This document shows, piece by piece, positions 40,796 to 51,254 of a stretch of 64,000 bases of DNA. Where the stretch lies: NCBI GenBank assembly GCA_038153405.1, contig JAYOYH010000011.1, positions 47,560-111,559 of the forward strand, written 5' to 3'. How positions within the stretch are numbered: position 1 is the stretch's first letter; every line of letters begins with the position of its first letter. Made by a program: the position numbers and the translations under genes. This stretch comes from Gemmatimonadota bacterium (GTDB lineage: Bacteria > Latescibacterota > UBA2968 > UBA8231). The notes below the pieces were generated by a model, which was not told the origin of the DNA, did no database searches, and saw nothing but the letters and a program-made list of their open reading frames with translations.

Positions 40796-42084
40796 ACGCC
40801 CGCTGCATTGGCCGGTCGCGGACCGCCCGTTGCCCAATCGAGCAGTTCGACGGTGTGCACTACCGGCACCTTCATACCGCGTGCAATCTGCTCCATGCAG
40901 CCAATATTGCCCGCGGCCACGATCTGCGGCTGCACGCGCTCGATCTGCTCGACCTTGCGCTCCTGTAGTCGCTTGGCCATCTCCGGCTGCAGCATGTTGT
41001 AGGTGCCAGCGCTGCCACAGCAAATATGTCCCTCCGGCACCTCGACTACATCAAAGCCGGCCGCCTGCAATAGGTCACGAGGCTCGCTCCTGATGTGCTG
41101 GCCGTGCTGGAGCGAACAGGCGTCGTGGTAGGCCACGCGCAGCCCCGGTGCACGCTTTGCCTCGCCCAAGCCCAATTCGGCCACCACTTGCGTTATATCG
41201 CGCACGCGCTCGACCACCGCTTTGGCCTTATCGGCCAGTTTGGGATCGTGGCGAAAGAGATGGTCGTATTCGCGCACGGCCGTGGCGCAGCCCGAGGTGT
41301 TGAGCACAATAGCGTCTAGCCCCTCGCCCTCGATTTCCCTATGCCACACCTCAATCATGTGCTGCATCAGCTTGCGGCTGCGCCGGCGTTCACCCATGTG
41401 GAACGTCAGCGCGCCGCAGCAGCCCGTACCGTTGGGAATGACCACTTCGACACCCAGGCGCGTCAGCAGGCGCACCGTCGCATCGTTGATCTGCGGACCC
41501 AGCACCGACTGCGCACAGCCCGTCAGCAGCGCCACCCGCAGGCGTCTCTCGCCCACCGCTGGAATGACGCCCGGCTTGGCCACTTGGGCCGGGCGCGGCA
41601 GCCGCTTGGGCGCCATGTCGAGCAGGGGTTTCATATTGCCAGGTAGCAGAAAGGAAAACGCCCGCCCCAACCCCGACATCTTCAGGGCTATGCGAAAGCG
41701 CGACGGGTGCGGCAGCAGCAGCGTCAGCAACCGGCGCAGCAGGCGATCGGCTGCGGTGCGCTTGACCTTCTTTTCCAAGCGCGGGCGCGCCTCTTCCAGC
41801 AGGCGCGAGTAGTCGACGCCGCTCGGGCAGGTCGTCTCACACGAAAGGCACCCCAAGCAATTATCGATGTGTAGCAGCATCTCGCGACTGGGCGTTATGT
41901 GCTCCTCCAGCGTGCTCTTCATCAGATAGATGCGGCCGCGCGGTCCCTCCAACTCGTTTCCCGTAAGCAAATACGTTGGGCAGGTCGCGTTGCAAAAGCC
42001 GCAGTGCACGCAGGTGCGCAGGATCTCTTCGGCGTCTTTTATATCGGGTTCTTGCAGCAAGTGCGGCGCAATTTCCGTGCGCAT
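40792..42084 (-). CDS. glcF: Glycolate oxidase iron-sulfur subunit
   Basis: CVHCGFCNATCPTY, CLGCLSCETTCPSGV, CCGA, CCGSAGTYN. Confidence 0.92.
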   Translation of the reverse strand: MRTEIAPHLLQEPDIKDAEEILRTCVHCGFCNATCPTYLLTGNELEGPRGRIYLMKSTLEEHITPSREMLLHIDNCLGCLSCETTCPSGVDYSRLLEEARPRLEKKVKRTAADRLLRRLLTLLLPHPSRFRIALKMSGLGRAFSFLLPGNMKPLLDMAPKRLPRPAQVAKPGVIPAVGERRLRVALLTGCAQSVLGPQINDATVRLLTRLGVEVVIPNGTGCCGALTFHMGERRRSRKLMQHMIEVWHREIEGEGLDAIVLNTSGCATAVREYDHLFRHDPKLADKAKAVVERVRDITQVVAELGLGEAKRAPGLRVAYHDACSLQHGQHIRSEPRDLLQAAGFDVVEVPEGHICCGSAGTYNMLQPEMAKRLQERKVEQIERVQPQIVAAGNIGCMEQIARGMKVPVVHTVELLDWATGGPRPANAAGV

Positions 42085-42175
42085 TAACTCGTCTCCCTCA
42101 TTCTGTAAGACGCCGTCAAACAGCTTGTCACCACGCAACAGGCCGAGTGCCAAAGTGCCCAGGGCGCACCATTGC

Positions 42176-42646
42176 TCATATATCCTCGCCTTTCAACCAG
42201 CGCACGAGCGCCTTATCTGGAGCGGCAATTTCCGCCAGCGAGGTGTAGTAATAGTCTTGCCAGCCCTGGCGCGGGAGGCCGGTAAAGACCATTAAGTTGA
42301 GGGGATACTCTTCGCAATCGGTGCAGCGTCGAAAGTCGTCGCGAAAGAGAAACGTCTTTTTGCCCAGCGCAATCGCCACACCCAGTTCGACCATCACCCC
42401 CTCGTCGGGCGGCGTGCCGTTGACGATAGCAAAGATCGCGTCGGCCTCCACTGCGTCGCGCAGATCGGCGCGGCCCACTTTGTACGCCCACCCCTCCTTG
42501 GAAAAATCGACCTGGTTATTGCGCGCAAACGGCTCCCACACCTCGGCTCCAAGCGCTTCCAGAGCACCTACGAAGTCGGGGAGTAACTTTTCTTTCCACT
42601 GCGCCGAGAATCCATAGGGCGAGGCGAGATAGATCGTCTTTTTCAT
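42176..42646 (-). CDS. Nucleoside 2-deoxyribosyltransferase family protein
   Basis: IYLASPYGFS, DEGVMVELGVA, NLM. Confidence 0.88.
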   Translation of the reverse strand: MKKTIYLASPYGFSAQWKEKLLPDFVGALEALGAEVWEPFARNNQVDFSKEGWAYKVGRADLRDAVEADAIFAIVNGTPPDEGVMVELGVAIALGKKTFLFRDDFRRCTDCEEYPLNLMVFTGLPRQGWQDYYYTSLAEIAAPDKALVRWLKGEDI

Positions 42647-42713
42647 ACGCTATAAGAAAGAGGGCTGCGGCGAATTGGCGCAAGCCGAAGTGCATCCTAT
42701 CTTAGGTTCGACC

Positions 42714-43754
42714 ATGACGACACTGCCCGCCCATATGGCCGAGCGCATCGAGCTAGCTCAGCATACCACGCTAAAACTGGGCGGACCGGCGCGCTATTTT
42801 GCCACCTGCAGCACGCTTGAAGAGCTGCGCCTGTGCCTGCAGTGGGCCGGCGCAGGCGGACGGCGCGTGCAAGTGCTCGGCGGTGGCAGCAACGTCGTCT
42901 TTGCCGATGGCGGCTTTGACGGGCTCGTGCTAAAAGTCGGTCTGCGCGGCGTGCACTTCGCCGGAGAGCAAGCCATCGTCGCTGCCGGCGAAGTGTGGGA
43001 TGTCTTTGTTGCACAGAGCGTTGAGCGCGGCCTGGCCGGCGTCGAGTGCCTATCGGGCATACCCGGACGGGTAGGCGCCACGCCCATTCAGAACGTCGGC
43101 GCCTACGGACAAGAAGTGAAAGATACCGTTGCCTCGGTGCGCGCCCTCGACCGCCAGACGCTGGAAGAAGTCGAATTCACCAACGAGGAATGCCGGTTCG
43201 CCTACCGCGATAGCCGCTTCAAGAGCGCAGAGCGCGATCGCTATATCGTGACCGAAGTGCGCTACGTCCTGCGCGGCGACGGGCGCCCCCAGCTGCGCTA
43301 CGCCGAGCTGCAGAACAACATGCGGGGAATGGACCTTCCCCAATCGGGCCCGGCAGCCCTGCGGGCCGTGCGCAACGCCGTGCTCGAAGTGCGCGGTGGC
43401 AAGTCGATGCTAGTCGATGCGAGCGATCCCAACAGCTGTTCGGCTGGTTCATTCTTTGTCAACCCGATCGTGTCGGTAGAGCATTTTCAGAAACTGCAGG
43501 CACAGTGGCATGGCATGCCCTCGTTTACCGAGGCCAACGGCATCAAAATTCCTGCCGCCTGGCTGGTTGAAAACGCCGGTTTTGCCAAAGGCCAGCGCTA
43601 CGGTGGCGTCGGCATCTCGCAAAAACACGCCCTGGCGCTGATCAACTGCGGCGGCAGCACCGAACAACTGCTCGAGTTAGCCGCACATATACAGCGCGCG
43701 GTGGAAGAGCGCTTTGCCATTCACCTGGAGCGCGAGCCCATCGTCGTCGTATAG
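42714..43754 (+). CDS. murB: UDP-N-acetylmuramate dehydrogenase
   Basis: GGGSN, IPGRVGATPIQNVGAYG, YRDS.FK, SAGSFFVNP, HAL. Confidence 0.96.
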   Translation: MTTLPAHMAERIELAQHTTLKLGGPARYFATCSTLEELRLCLQWAGAGGRRVQVLGGGSNVVFADGGFDGLVLKVGLRGVHFAGEQAIVAAGEVWDVFVAQSVERGLAGVECLSGIPGRVGATPIQNVGAYGQEVKDTVASVRALDRQTLEEVEFTNEECRFAYRDSRFKSAERDRYIVTEVRYVLRGDGRPQLRYAELQNNMRGMDLPQSGPAALRAVRNAVLEVRGGKSMLVDASDPNSCSAGSFFVNPIVSVEHFQKLQAQWHGMPSFTEANGIKIPAAWLVENAGFAKGQRYGGVGISQKHALALINCGGSTEQLLELAAHIQRAVEERFAIHLEREPIVVV

Positions 43755-43807
43755 CGCACCGTCGCCGGCGTTCAACGGCGCGAGCATTATCACACACAGG
43801 ATATGGC

Positions 43808-44512
43808 ATGGCCAACATTTGCGTACTGCAGAATGCACAGCCGGAAAGTCTGGGCATCCTAGGCCAGATATTCACCCAGTATGGACTGCAGGCCGAATAC
43901 GTCCGCACCTTTGCTGGCGAGCCGGTGCCGCGCTATATAGACGACGCGGCCGGCCTCGTCGTGCTCGGCGGACCGATGAGCGTCTACGAGAACAACCGCT
44001 ATCCGTTTCTCAACGACGCCATGCGCCTTATCGACCAGGCACTCAAGCGGGAAAAGCCCATTCTCGGCATTTGCTTGGGCAGCCAACTCTTAGCCGCTAC
44101 GCTCGGAGCGAACGTATATGCAAACGGGAAAAAGGAAATCGGCTGGCACGATGTAACCCTACACGGCGCAGGCACCGATCCCCTATGGGCCGGCATGCGC
44201 TCGCCCTTTGTCGGCTTTCACTGGCACGGCGACGTCTTTGACCTGCCCGAAGGCGCGCGCAGCCTAGCCTCTTCCGACCTGACGACACACCAATCCTTTT
44301 CCTACGGCGACAGGAGCTACGGCGTGCTCTTTCACATGGAAGTGACCGCGCAGATCGTCGCCGATATGACCGACACCTTCGCCGACGAGGTGGCACAGCT
44401 CGGGCTGGACGGCGCCGTCATTCGGGCGCAATCGCAGCGCCATCTCAAAGCCCTGCACGACAATGCGCGCATATTCTACCAACACTGGGCGGCCCGCTGT
44501 CTGCCAGCATGA
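43808..44512 (+). CDS. Class I glutamine amidotransferase-like protein
   Basis: GGPMSV, LGICLGSQL, WHGD, FHME. Confidence 0.9.
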   Translation: MANICVLQNAQPESLGILGQIFTQYGLQAEYVRTFAGEPVPRYIDDAAGLVVLGGPMSVYENNRYPFLNDAMRLIDQALKREKPILGICLGSQLLAATLGANVYANGKKEIGWHDVTLHGAGTDPLWAGMRSPFVGFHWHGDVFDLPEGARSLASSDLTTHQSFSYGDRSYGVLFHMEVTAQIVADMTDTFADEVAQLGLDGAVIRAQSQRHLKALHDNARIFYQHWAARCLPA

Positions 44513-44519
44513 GCACCCG

Positions 44520-45797
44520 CTACCAGTAGCGCATGGCCGCGGTAAAGAGCGCGGACAGCTCTTCCTCTCCAGCCGCGCGCGGCGATAGCTTGGTGACGCG
44601 ATGCTGCGGCAACGTGCCCTGCACCAAGGCCGGAACGTGTTCCTCACCATAGCCCAGGGCGCTCAGCCCGTTGGGCAAATCGAGTTGGCGCATCAATTCG
44701 ACGATGCGCGTGGCCAGCACTTCGCCCGCCTCCTCGAGGCCCACTCCGTCTACGCGCGCGCCCAGCACTGCAGCTGCGTGTAGGTGCCGTTGCGGACAGG
44801 CCGATGCCGTAAAACGAAAGACGGCGGGCGCGTTGACGATAACGGCTATGCCGTGCGGCACCAGCGGATAGTCAACCGCATACCCGGGCGGAACGAATTC
44901 CTTTATCATACCAGCCACCGGATAGGACATGCCGTGCGGCAGGTGAACGCCGGCGTTGCCAAAACCTATACCGGCCAGCGCCGAGGCCATAATCATCTGC
45001 GCGCGCGCCTCGTCATCCTCCGGGTCGGCTACGGCGCGCGGCAAGTAATCGGCCACCAGTTGCAGCGCCTGCAGCGACCACAGGTCGCTGATTGGATTGG
45101 CTCCCTGATAGGCCGGACGCAGCTGCGGGCGCGCGGGACGCGGGCGCCCGTCGTATGGCATCGCCGTATAGGACTCGAGCGCGTGGCTCAGGACATCGAG
45201 CCCGGTTGATGCGGCCACGGCAGCGGGCATCGTGCGCGTGTTATCCGGATCGACCAAACCTAGGGTAGGCTTTAAATAGCGATGGGCAATGCCCGTCTTG
45301 GCCTGCATCTCCATATAGTCGAAAATAGCCACGCCCGTCGTTTCGCTGCCGGTGCCAGCCGTCGTCGGAATGGCGATTAGCGGCTTAGTCGGCCCCGGCA
45401 CCGGCTGGCCCTGGCCGATGGGTGCATTGACGTAGGTGAGAAAATCGGCCGGATAGCTCGTATAGAGGTTGGCCGCTTTGGCCGTGTCTATTGTCGAGCC
45501 GCCGCCAATGGCGACGAAGCCATCGAAATGGCCCTCTTCGGCAACATCAATGGCTTCTCGAAACGAAGCATCTGTTGGCTCCACGCGCACTCGATCAAAA
45601 AGCGCGTAGTCGACGCCCTCTGCCCGCATCGACTCTAGGGCGACCTGCACCGGCGACAAGTCGCGCAGCGTCTGGTCGGTCAGCACCATGACGCGCTTCA
45701 AACCGCGGTCGCTTAAATCCATACCCACTTCGCGCGTGATACCCGTACCAAAGCGGATATTGGATGCTGCCATCTCAAATGCCGTGTCGCGCTCCAT
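44520..45797 (-). CDS. Hydroxyacid-oxoacid transhydrogenase (Fe-ADH family)
   Basis: GGGSTIDTAKAANLY, PTTAGTGSE, RPAYQGANP, GVHLPHGMSYP; AAGGAG RBS. Confidence 0.88.
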   Translation of the reverse strand: MERDTAFEMAASNIRFGTGITREVGMDLSDRGLKRVMVLTDQTLRDLSPVQVALESMRAEGVDYALFDRVRVEPTDASFREAIDVAEEGHFDGFVAIGGGSTIDTAKAANLYTSYPADFLTYVNAPIGQGQPVPGPTKPLIAIPTTAGTGSETTGVAIFDYMEMQAKTGIAHRYLKPTLGLVDPDNTRTMPAAVAASTGLDVLSHALESYTAMPYDGRPRPARPQLRPAYQGANPISDLWSLQALQLVADYLPRAVADPEDDEARAQMIMASALAGIGFGNAGVHLPHGMSYPVAGMIKEFVPPGYAVDYPLVPHGIAVIVNAPAVFRFTASACPQRHLHAAAVLGARVDGVGLEEAGEVLATRIVELMRQLDLPNGLSALGYGEEHVPALVQGTLPQHRVTKLSPRAAGEEELSALFTAAMRYW

Positions 45798-45930
45798 TGC
45801 TCTTCTCCTTGCGTGCGTTTCATCCATAGAAAACGCCACCTCTGCACAGCTGTCAATACGCAGCCCTTGCGTCCGCTACAGCGCCGTGCTACACTACCGT
45901 CGACACGCTATAACTTCGGCGGAACGCATC

Positions 45931-47298
45931 ATGGAATCCAAGCAAACCAGCGGTATGCTCAGCTTAGAGGATCTGGCACGGGCCGTGCGCGATGGCCACG
46001 TAGAAACCGTGCTCGCCGTTTTTCCCGACCTCTACGGACGCCTTGTTGGCAAGCGCATTGCCGCACGCTACTTTCTCGACCACGTCGCCGAGCACGGCAT
46101 GCACGCCTGCGACTACCTATTCACGGTCGATATGGAGATGGACGTCGTCGAGGGCTATGACTTTGCCAACTGGCACAAGGGCTACGGCGACGTCCACTGC
46201 GTGCCCGATTGGTCGACGCTGCGCATGGCCACCTGGCTGGAGCGATCGGCCCTCATCGTCTGCGACGTGCACGACGAATCGGCGCACGAACCGGTATCGA
46301 TCGCCCCGCGCACCCTGCTCAAACGGCAGCTAAATGCGCTCGCCGAAATGGGTTATAGCGCCAAAGGCGGCTCCGAGTTGGAGTACTATCTCTTCAAAGA
46401 CTCCTACGAAGAGGCCAACGCCAAAGGCTACGAGAACCTGCAGCCCTTCAGTACCTACATTGAAGACTACCACATATTCCAAGGAACAAAAGAGGAGCAG
46501 ATAAACGCCGCCGTGCGCCGCCATATGGAGTCCAGCGGCATTCCCGTTGAATTTAGCAAAGGCGAGTGGGGGCCCGGCCAACACGAACTCAACCTGCGCT
46601 ATACCGAAGTGCTGGAGATGGCCGACCGCCAGTGTATCTACAAACAGGCCTTTAAAGAAATCGCCTGGGCCCAGAGCATCGCCGTCTCCTTTATGGCCAA
46701 GTGGCGCAGCGACCTGGCCGGCTCCAGCATGCACCTGCACCTGAGCTTGTGGGACGAGCAGGGCCGCGCCGCTTTTGCCGACGAAACGTCCGATCTATTT
46801 CGCCATTTTCTCGGCGGCTGGATGCACCACGCGCGCGCTATCGCCCCGTTTTATGCGCCCTACCCCAATTCCTACAAGCGCTACGTCTACCAATCGTGGG
46901 CCCCCACGCGCATCGCCTGGAGCCGCGATAACCGCACGGCAGGATTTCGCATCGTTGGCCGCGGTGCCAGCCAGCGCATCGAGTCGCGCCTGCCCGGTGC
47001 CGACGCCAATCCCTATCTGGCCTACGCCTCCGCACTGGCCGCCGGCATGGATGGCATTAAAAACCGGATCGAACCACCGCCCATTTTCAGCGGTGACGCC
47101 TATCAGAATGAATCCGCGGCAAGCGTTCCGGCCAACCTGTCGCAGGCCACCGACGAACTCGAACGATCGCAGATGCTGCGCCAAGCAATGGGCAGCGAAG
47201 TTGTCGATCACTACGTCCATTTCTTTCGCACGGAGCAGCGCAAATACGACGAGGCCGTTACGTCGTGGGAGCGCGCCCGCTACTTTGAGCGCGGCTAA
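45931..47298 (+). CDS. Glutamine synthetase-like gamma-glutamylamide ligase (GlnA4/PuuA-like)
   Basis: GRLVGKRI, ELEYY, EWGPGQHE, GSSMHLHLS, DNRTAGFR, IESRLPGAD. Confidence 0.88.
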   Translation: MESKQTSGMLSLEDLARAVRDGHVETVLAVFPDLYGRLVGKRIAARYFLDHVAEHGMHACDYLFTVDMEMDVVEGYDFANWHKGYGDVHCVPDWSTLRMATWLERSALIVCDVHDESAHEPVSIAPRTLLKRQLNALAEMGYSAKGGSELEYYLFKDSYEEANAKGYENLQPFSTYIEDYHIFQGTKEEQINAAVRRHMESSGIPVEFSKGEWGPGQHELNLRYTEVLEMADRQCIYKQAFKEIAWAQSIAVSFMAKWRSDLAGSSMHLHLSLWDEQGRAAFADETSDLFRHFLGGWMHHARAIAPFYAPYPNSYKRYVYQSWAPTRIAWSRDNRTAGFRIVGRGASQRIESRLPGADANPYLAYASALAAGMDGIKNRIEPPPIFSGDAYQNESAASVPANLSQATDELERSQMLRQAMGSEVVDHYVHFFRTEQRKYDEAVTSWERARYFERG

Positions 47299-47312
47299 CG
47301 CGCGACCGCACC

Positions 47313-48086
47313 ATGAGATTACGAGACAAGGTCATCCTAATCACCGGCGCCGGCGGCGGCATTGGCTACCATAGCGCCCTGCGCTGTGCGGCGGAAGGCG
47401 CACGCGTGGTCGCCGTCGACTTAGACGAGCCCGCGGCGAACAACACCGCAAACCAAGTGAACAACGAAGGAGGGCAGTGCATCGCGCTGCAGGCCGATGT
47501 CGCCAAGGACGCCGACTGTCGCTCCATGATCGCCGTAGCCGAAGAGACCTATGGACACCTTGACGTGCTCTTTAATAACGCAGGCATTTCGCATATCGAC
47601 GACGGCGATGCCATCGACACGGACGAAGCCGTGTGGGACCTGACGATGGACGTCAATCTGAAAGGCGTCTTTCTCGGCTGCAAGCACGGCATTCCCGCCC
47701 TGCGCCGAGCCGGCGGCGGATCCATTATCAACACCGCTTCCTTTGTCGCCCTGCTGGGAGCAGCCACGCCGCAAATAGCCTACACGGCGAGCAAGGGCGG
47801 CGTGCTGGCCATGAGCCGCGAGTTGGCTACCGTGCACGCGCGCGAACGCATTCGCGTCAACGCGCTGTGCCCGGGCCCGCTGCGCACCGAACTGCTGATG
47901 AAGTACTTAGATACGGAGCAAAAGCGCCAGCGCCGACTGGTCCACATTCCCATTGGACGCTTTGGCGAGGCCGATGAAATCGCCCAGACCGTCGTGTTTT
48001 TGGCCTCCGACGAATCCTCCTATATAACCGGTACATCCTTTACCGTCGACGGCGGTATTACGGCAGCCTACGTAACGCCGGAGTAG
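47313..48086 (+). CDS. SDR family oxidoreductase
   Basis: TGAGGGIG, NNAG, YTASKG. Confidence 0.93.
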   Translation: MRLRDKVILITGAGGGIGYHSALRCAAEGARVVAVDLDEPAANNTANQVNNEGGQCIALQADVAKDADCRSMIAVAEETYGHLDVLFNNAGISHIDDGDAIDTDEAVWDLTMDVNLKGVFLGCKHGIPALRRAGGGSIINTASFVALLGAATPQIAYTASKGGVLAMSRELATVHARERIRVNALCPGPLRTELLMKYLDTEQKRQRRLVHIPIGRFGEADEIAQTVVFLASDESSYITGTSFTVDGGITAAYVTPE

Positions 48087-48148
48087 CGCTCAATCGCCCA
48101 GCCCAACGCAGCCACGCATCTAACGTTACGCACTCTGACAGGATCTCT

Positions 48149-48796
48149 ATGAAGCGCGCCGTTTTATTCGATTTGGATGGCACCCTGCTCGATACATTAG
48201 ACGATCTGGCCGACTCAATGAACGCCGCGCTAGAACGCAGTGGCTTTGCGCAGCACCCAGTTGATGCCTATCGCTACTTCGTCGGCGACGGCATCGATAT
48301 GCTGGTGCGGCGCGTGCTCCCAGCCAATGCGTATAGCGAGGCAGTGCACGAACAACTCAAAGCGGCGATGAACGACGAGTACAGTCGGCGTTGGAACGTC
48401 AAAAGCCGGCCCTACGAGGAGATACCAAGCCTCCTCGACGCTCTGCAAGAGCGCGGTATTGCAATGGCCGTACTGTCGAATAAACCCGAGCCATTTACCC
48501 TGCAGGCCGTAGCCAACCTACTGCCGAACTGGTCCTTTGCCGTCGTGCGCGGGGCGCGACCTGACGTGCCGACCAAGCCCGATCCGACAGCGGCGCTGCA
48601 CATCGCCGATGAAATGGCTCTTTCCCCCAGCCACTTTCTGTATATGGGCGATACCGATACCGACATGCAAACGGCGCGCGCGGCCGGCATGTATGCACTG
48701 GGTGCGACCTGGGGGTTTCGCCCGGGCGAGGAACTCCTGCAAAGCGGAGCACACGATCTACTGCAAACGCCGCTCCAACTCTTGGATCGGCTCTGA
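48149..48796 (+). CDS. HAD hydrolase (phosphoglycolate phosphatase-like)
   Basis: FDLDGTL, LSNK, KPDP, GDTDTD. Confidence 0.9.
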   Translation: MKRAVLFDLDGTLLDTLDDLADSMNAALERSGFAQHPVDAYRYFVGDGIDMLVRRVLPANAYSEAVHEQLKAAMNDEYSRRWNVKSRPYEEIPSLLDALQERGIAMAVLSNKPEPFTLQAVANLLPNWSFAVVRGARPDVPTKPDPTAALHIADEMALSPSHFLYMGDTDTDMQTARAAGMYALGATWGFRPGEELLQSGAHDLLQTPLQLLDRL

Positions 48797-48853
48797 AATG
48801 TATCTATTTTAACGGCGTTCACACCTTCGCCTCAACTAGGAGAAAACTACCCC

Positions 48854-50167
48854 ATGGCCGAATTTTTCAAAGGGATTAAAAAGATAAAATACGAGGGCCC
48901 AGACTCTAAAAACCCACTTGCCTTTAAGCACTACAACGCACGGGAAAAGGTGGGTAAAAAAACCATGGAGGAGCATCTGCGCTTTTCCGTAGCCTACTGG
49001 CACACCTTCAAGGGCGGCGGCACCGATCCCTTTGGTCCTATACCGGTATACGATCGTCCCTGGGATAGAGCCAGTGACCCCATGCAGCGCGCCGAGGATA
49101 CGCTGCAGGCCGCCTTTGAGTTTATTGGCAAACTCGGCGCTCCCTTTTACTGCTGGCACGACCGCGATATCGCCCCAGAGGCCGACGCGCTGGAAGAGAC
49201 CAACAAGCGCCTCGACCACATCGTTTCCCTAGCGAAAAAACTGCAGCGCGACACGGGTATCAAGCTGCTTTGGGGCACCTCCAACTGCTTCTCGCACGAG
49301 CGCTTTACGCACGGCGCCGGCACCAATCCCGATGCCCACGTCTTTGCCTGGGCCGCCGCACAGATTAAAAAGGCGATGGAGTGCACGCACGAATTAAAGG
49401 GAGCCAACTACGTGTTCTGGGGCGGACGCGAGGGGTACTCGAATTTGCTCAACACCGATATGGCACACGAGCAGGAACAAATGGCGCGCCTGCTGCACAT
49501 GGCCGTCGAGCACAAAAAGCGCATCGGCTTTAAGGGCACATTACTCATCGAACCCAAGCCCAAGGAACCGACCAAGCACCAGTACGACTTCGACTCGGCG
49601 ACCGTGCTCAGCTTTCTGCGCAAATACGACCTGCTCGACGAGTTCAAAATTAATGTGGAAGCCAACCACGCCACGCTGGCCGGCCACACCTTTGAACACG
49701 ACCTAGCCGTCGCCTCGGCCGAAGGCAAACTCGGCAGCATCGACGCCAACCGCGGCGACTATCTGCTCGGCTGGGACACCGATCAATTTCCCACCGACCT
49801 CTACAGCACGACCTACGCCATGCTCGTCATCCTCAAGCAGGGCGGTCTCGGAAGCGGTGGCGTCAACTTCGATGCCAAACTGCGGCGCGGATCTTTTGAT
49901 CTGGAAGATATGTTCCACGCTCATATAGGCGGCATGGATTCCTTTGCACGCGGTCTGCGCACGGCGCAAAAAATTATCGACGACGGCGTACTCAACGACT
50001 TCGTCAAAGCGCGCTATGCCTCGTATCGGAGCGGTATCGGTCGCAAAATCATGCAGGGCAAAGCTACGCTGGCCGATATGGAGCACTACGTCATTAAACA
50101 GGGCGAGCCGCCCAAGCGCAGCGGGCGCGAAGAGATGCTGGAAAATATCATCAATACTTACATATAA
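48854..50167 (+). CDS. xylA: Xylose isomerase (class II)
   Basis: VAYWHTF, VFWGGREGY, IEPKPKEPTKHQYD, GWDTDQF, NFDAK. Confidence 0.97.
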   Translation: MAEFFKGIKKIKYEGPDSKNPLAFKHYNAREKVGKKTMEEHLRFSVAYWHTFKGGGTDPFGPIPVYDRPWDRASDPMQRAEDTLQAAFEFIGKLGAPFYCWHDRDIAPEADALEETNKRLDHIVSLAKKLQRDTGIKLLWGTSNCFSHERFTHGAGTNPDAHVFAWAAAQIKKAMECTHELKGANYVFWGGREGYSNLLNTDMAHEQEQMARLLHMAVEHKKRIGFKGTLLIEPKPKEPTKHQYDFDSATVLSFLRKYDLLDEFKINVEANHATLAGHTFEHDLAVASAEGKLGSIDANRGDYLLGWDTDQFPTDLYSTTYAMLVILKQGGLGSGGVNFDAKLRRGSFDLEDMFHAHIGGMDSFARGLRTAQKIIDDGVLNDFVKARYASYRSGIGRKIMQGKATLADMEHYVIKQGEPPKRSGREEMLENIINTYI

Positions 50168-50216
50168 CATTTCGGAACGCACGCTCATCGAAGAGTCGGC
50201 AGACCGAATCCAACGC

Positions 50217-50270
50217 AAAAGGGCGACCGCTCCCAACCAACGGGGAACGGCCGCCCTTTTTCTTTTTTTT
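50217..50270. terminator. Bidirectional intrinsic terminator
   Basis: aaaagggcg...cgccctttt with long T-tract. Confidence 0.85.
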
Positions 50271-50279
50271 GCGACCGCC

Positions 50280-51254
50280 TCAGTCGTCGCGCGGAACCGC
50301 CATCATGCGCTCTAAGGCACGCCGCGCGCCCTCGATTACATCGTCTTCGAGAAGGATCTCAAAGCGCTCTTCTGCTAGGGAGAAATAGAGATCCTGTAGG
50401 CTAGTCACCTTCATATAGGGACAGTGCAGGCGGCAGCCGATGCAGCCGTCGGCCGCGACAAACTCGCGGTCGGGAAAGCGCTGCTTTAACTGGTGTAGCA
50501 TGCCGTTTTCCGTAGCGATGATAAAGGTCTTCGCGTCGGGGTACTTCTCCACCGCACCGAGCATACCCGTCGTCGAGCACACCTCGTCGGCGATTTCCAC
50601 CACGTCCTGGCGACATTCGGGATGAGCAATAATCACGGCGTCGGGAAAATCGCCGCGCGTGCGCTCGACGCTGGCCGCGCGCAGCACGTCGTGGGTCGGA
50701 CAGGCACCGTCGTAAATGACGATTTCTTTTTCTGGCACCTGCTGTGCTACCCAGCGCCCCAAATTGCGGTCCGGCGTAAAGAGCACCTTGTCGGCGTCGA
50801 GGCTGCGCACGACCGACACGGCATTGGCCGAAGTACAGCATATATAGGACTCGGCTTTTACCTCGGCCGTTGAATTCACGTAGGTCACAACTTCGTGATC
50901 TGGGTAGCGCTCTTTCCAGTCGTCGAGACTTTCCGGCGTAATGGAATCGGCCAGCGAACATCCCGCTCCCAAATTGGGCAACAGCACCTTCTTCTGCGGA
51001 CTGAGAATCTTGGCGGATTCCGCCATAAAGTGCACACCGCAAAATACGATGATATCCGCATCGGTCTTAGACGCTTCAATCGACAGGCCAAGCGAATCGC
51101 CCGTCACGTCGGCGATGTCCTGCACCTCGGAAACCTGGTAGTTGTGCGCCAAAATGACCGCGTTCTTCTCGACCCGCAGGCGATTGATCTGGGCGACCAG
51201 CTCATCGACTGGCAGATCGGAACGAGCGGCGAACGGCGTCTGCATCTGCGTCAT
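50280..51254 (-). CDS. nadA: Quinolinate synthase
   Basis: LAHNYQ, GDSLGL, FCGVHFMAE, AGCSLA, AHPEC, CPYM. Confidence 0.96.
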   Translation of the reverse strand: MTQMQTPFAARSDLPVDELVAQINRLRVEKNAVILAHNYQVSEVQDIADVTGDSLGLSIEASKTDADIIVFCGVHFMAESAKILSPQKKVLLPNLGAGCSLADSITPESLDDWKERYPDHEVVTYVNSTAEVKAESYICCTSANAVSVVRSLDADKVLFTPDRNLGRWVAQQVPEKEIVIYDGACPTHDVLRAASVERTRGDFPDAVIIAHPECRQDVVEIADEVCSTTGMLGAVEKYPDAKTFIIATENGMLHQLKQRFPDREFVAADGCIGCRLHCPYMKVTSLQDLYFSLAEERFEILLEDDVIEGARRALERMMAVPRDD

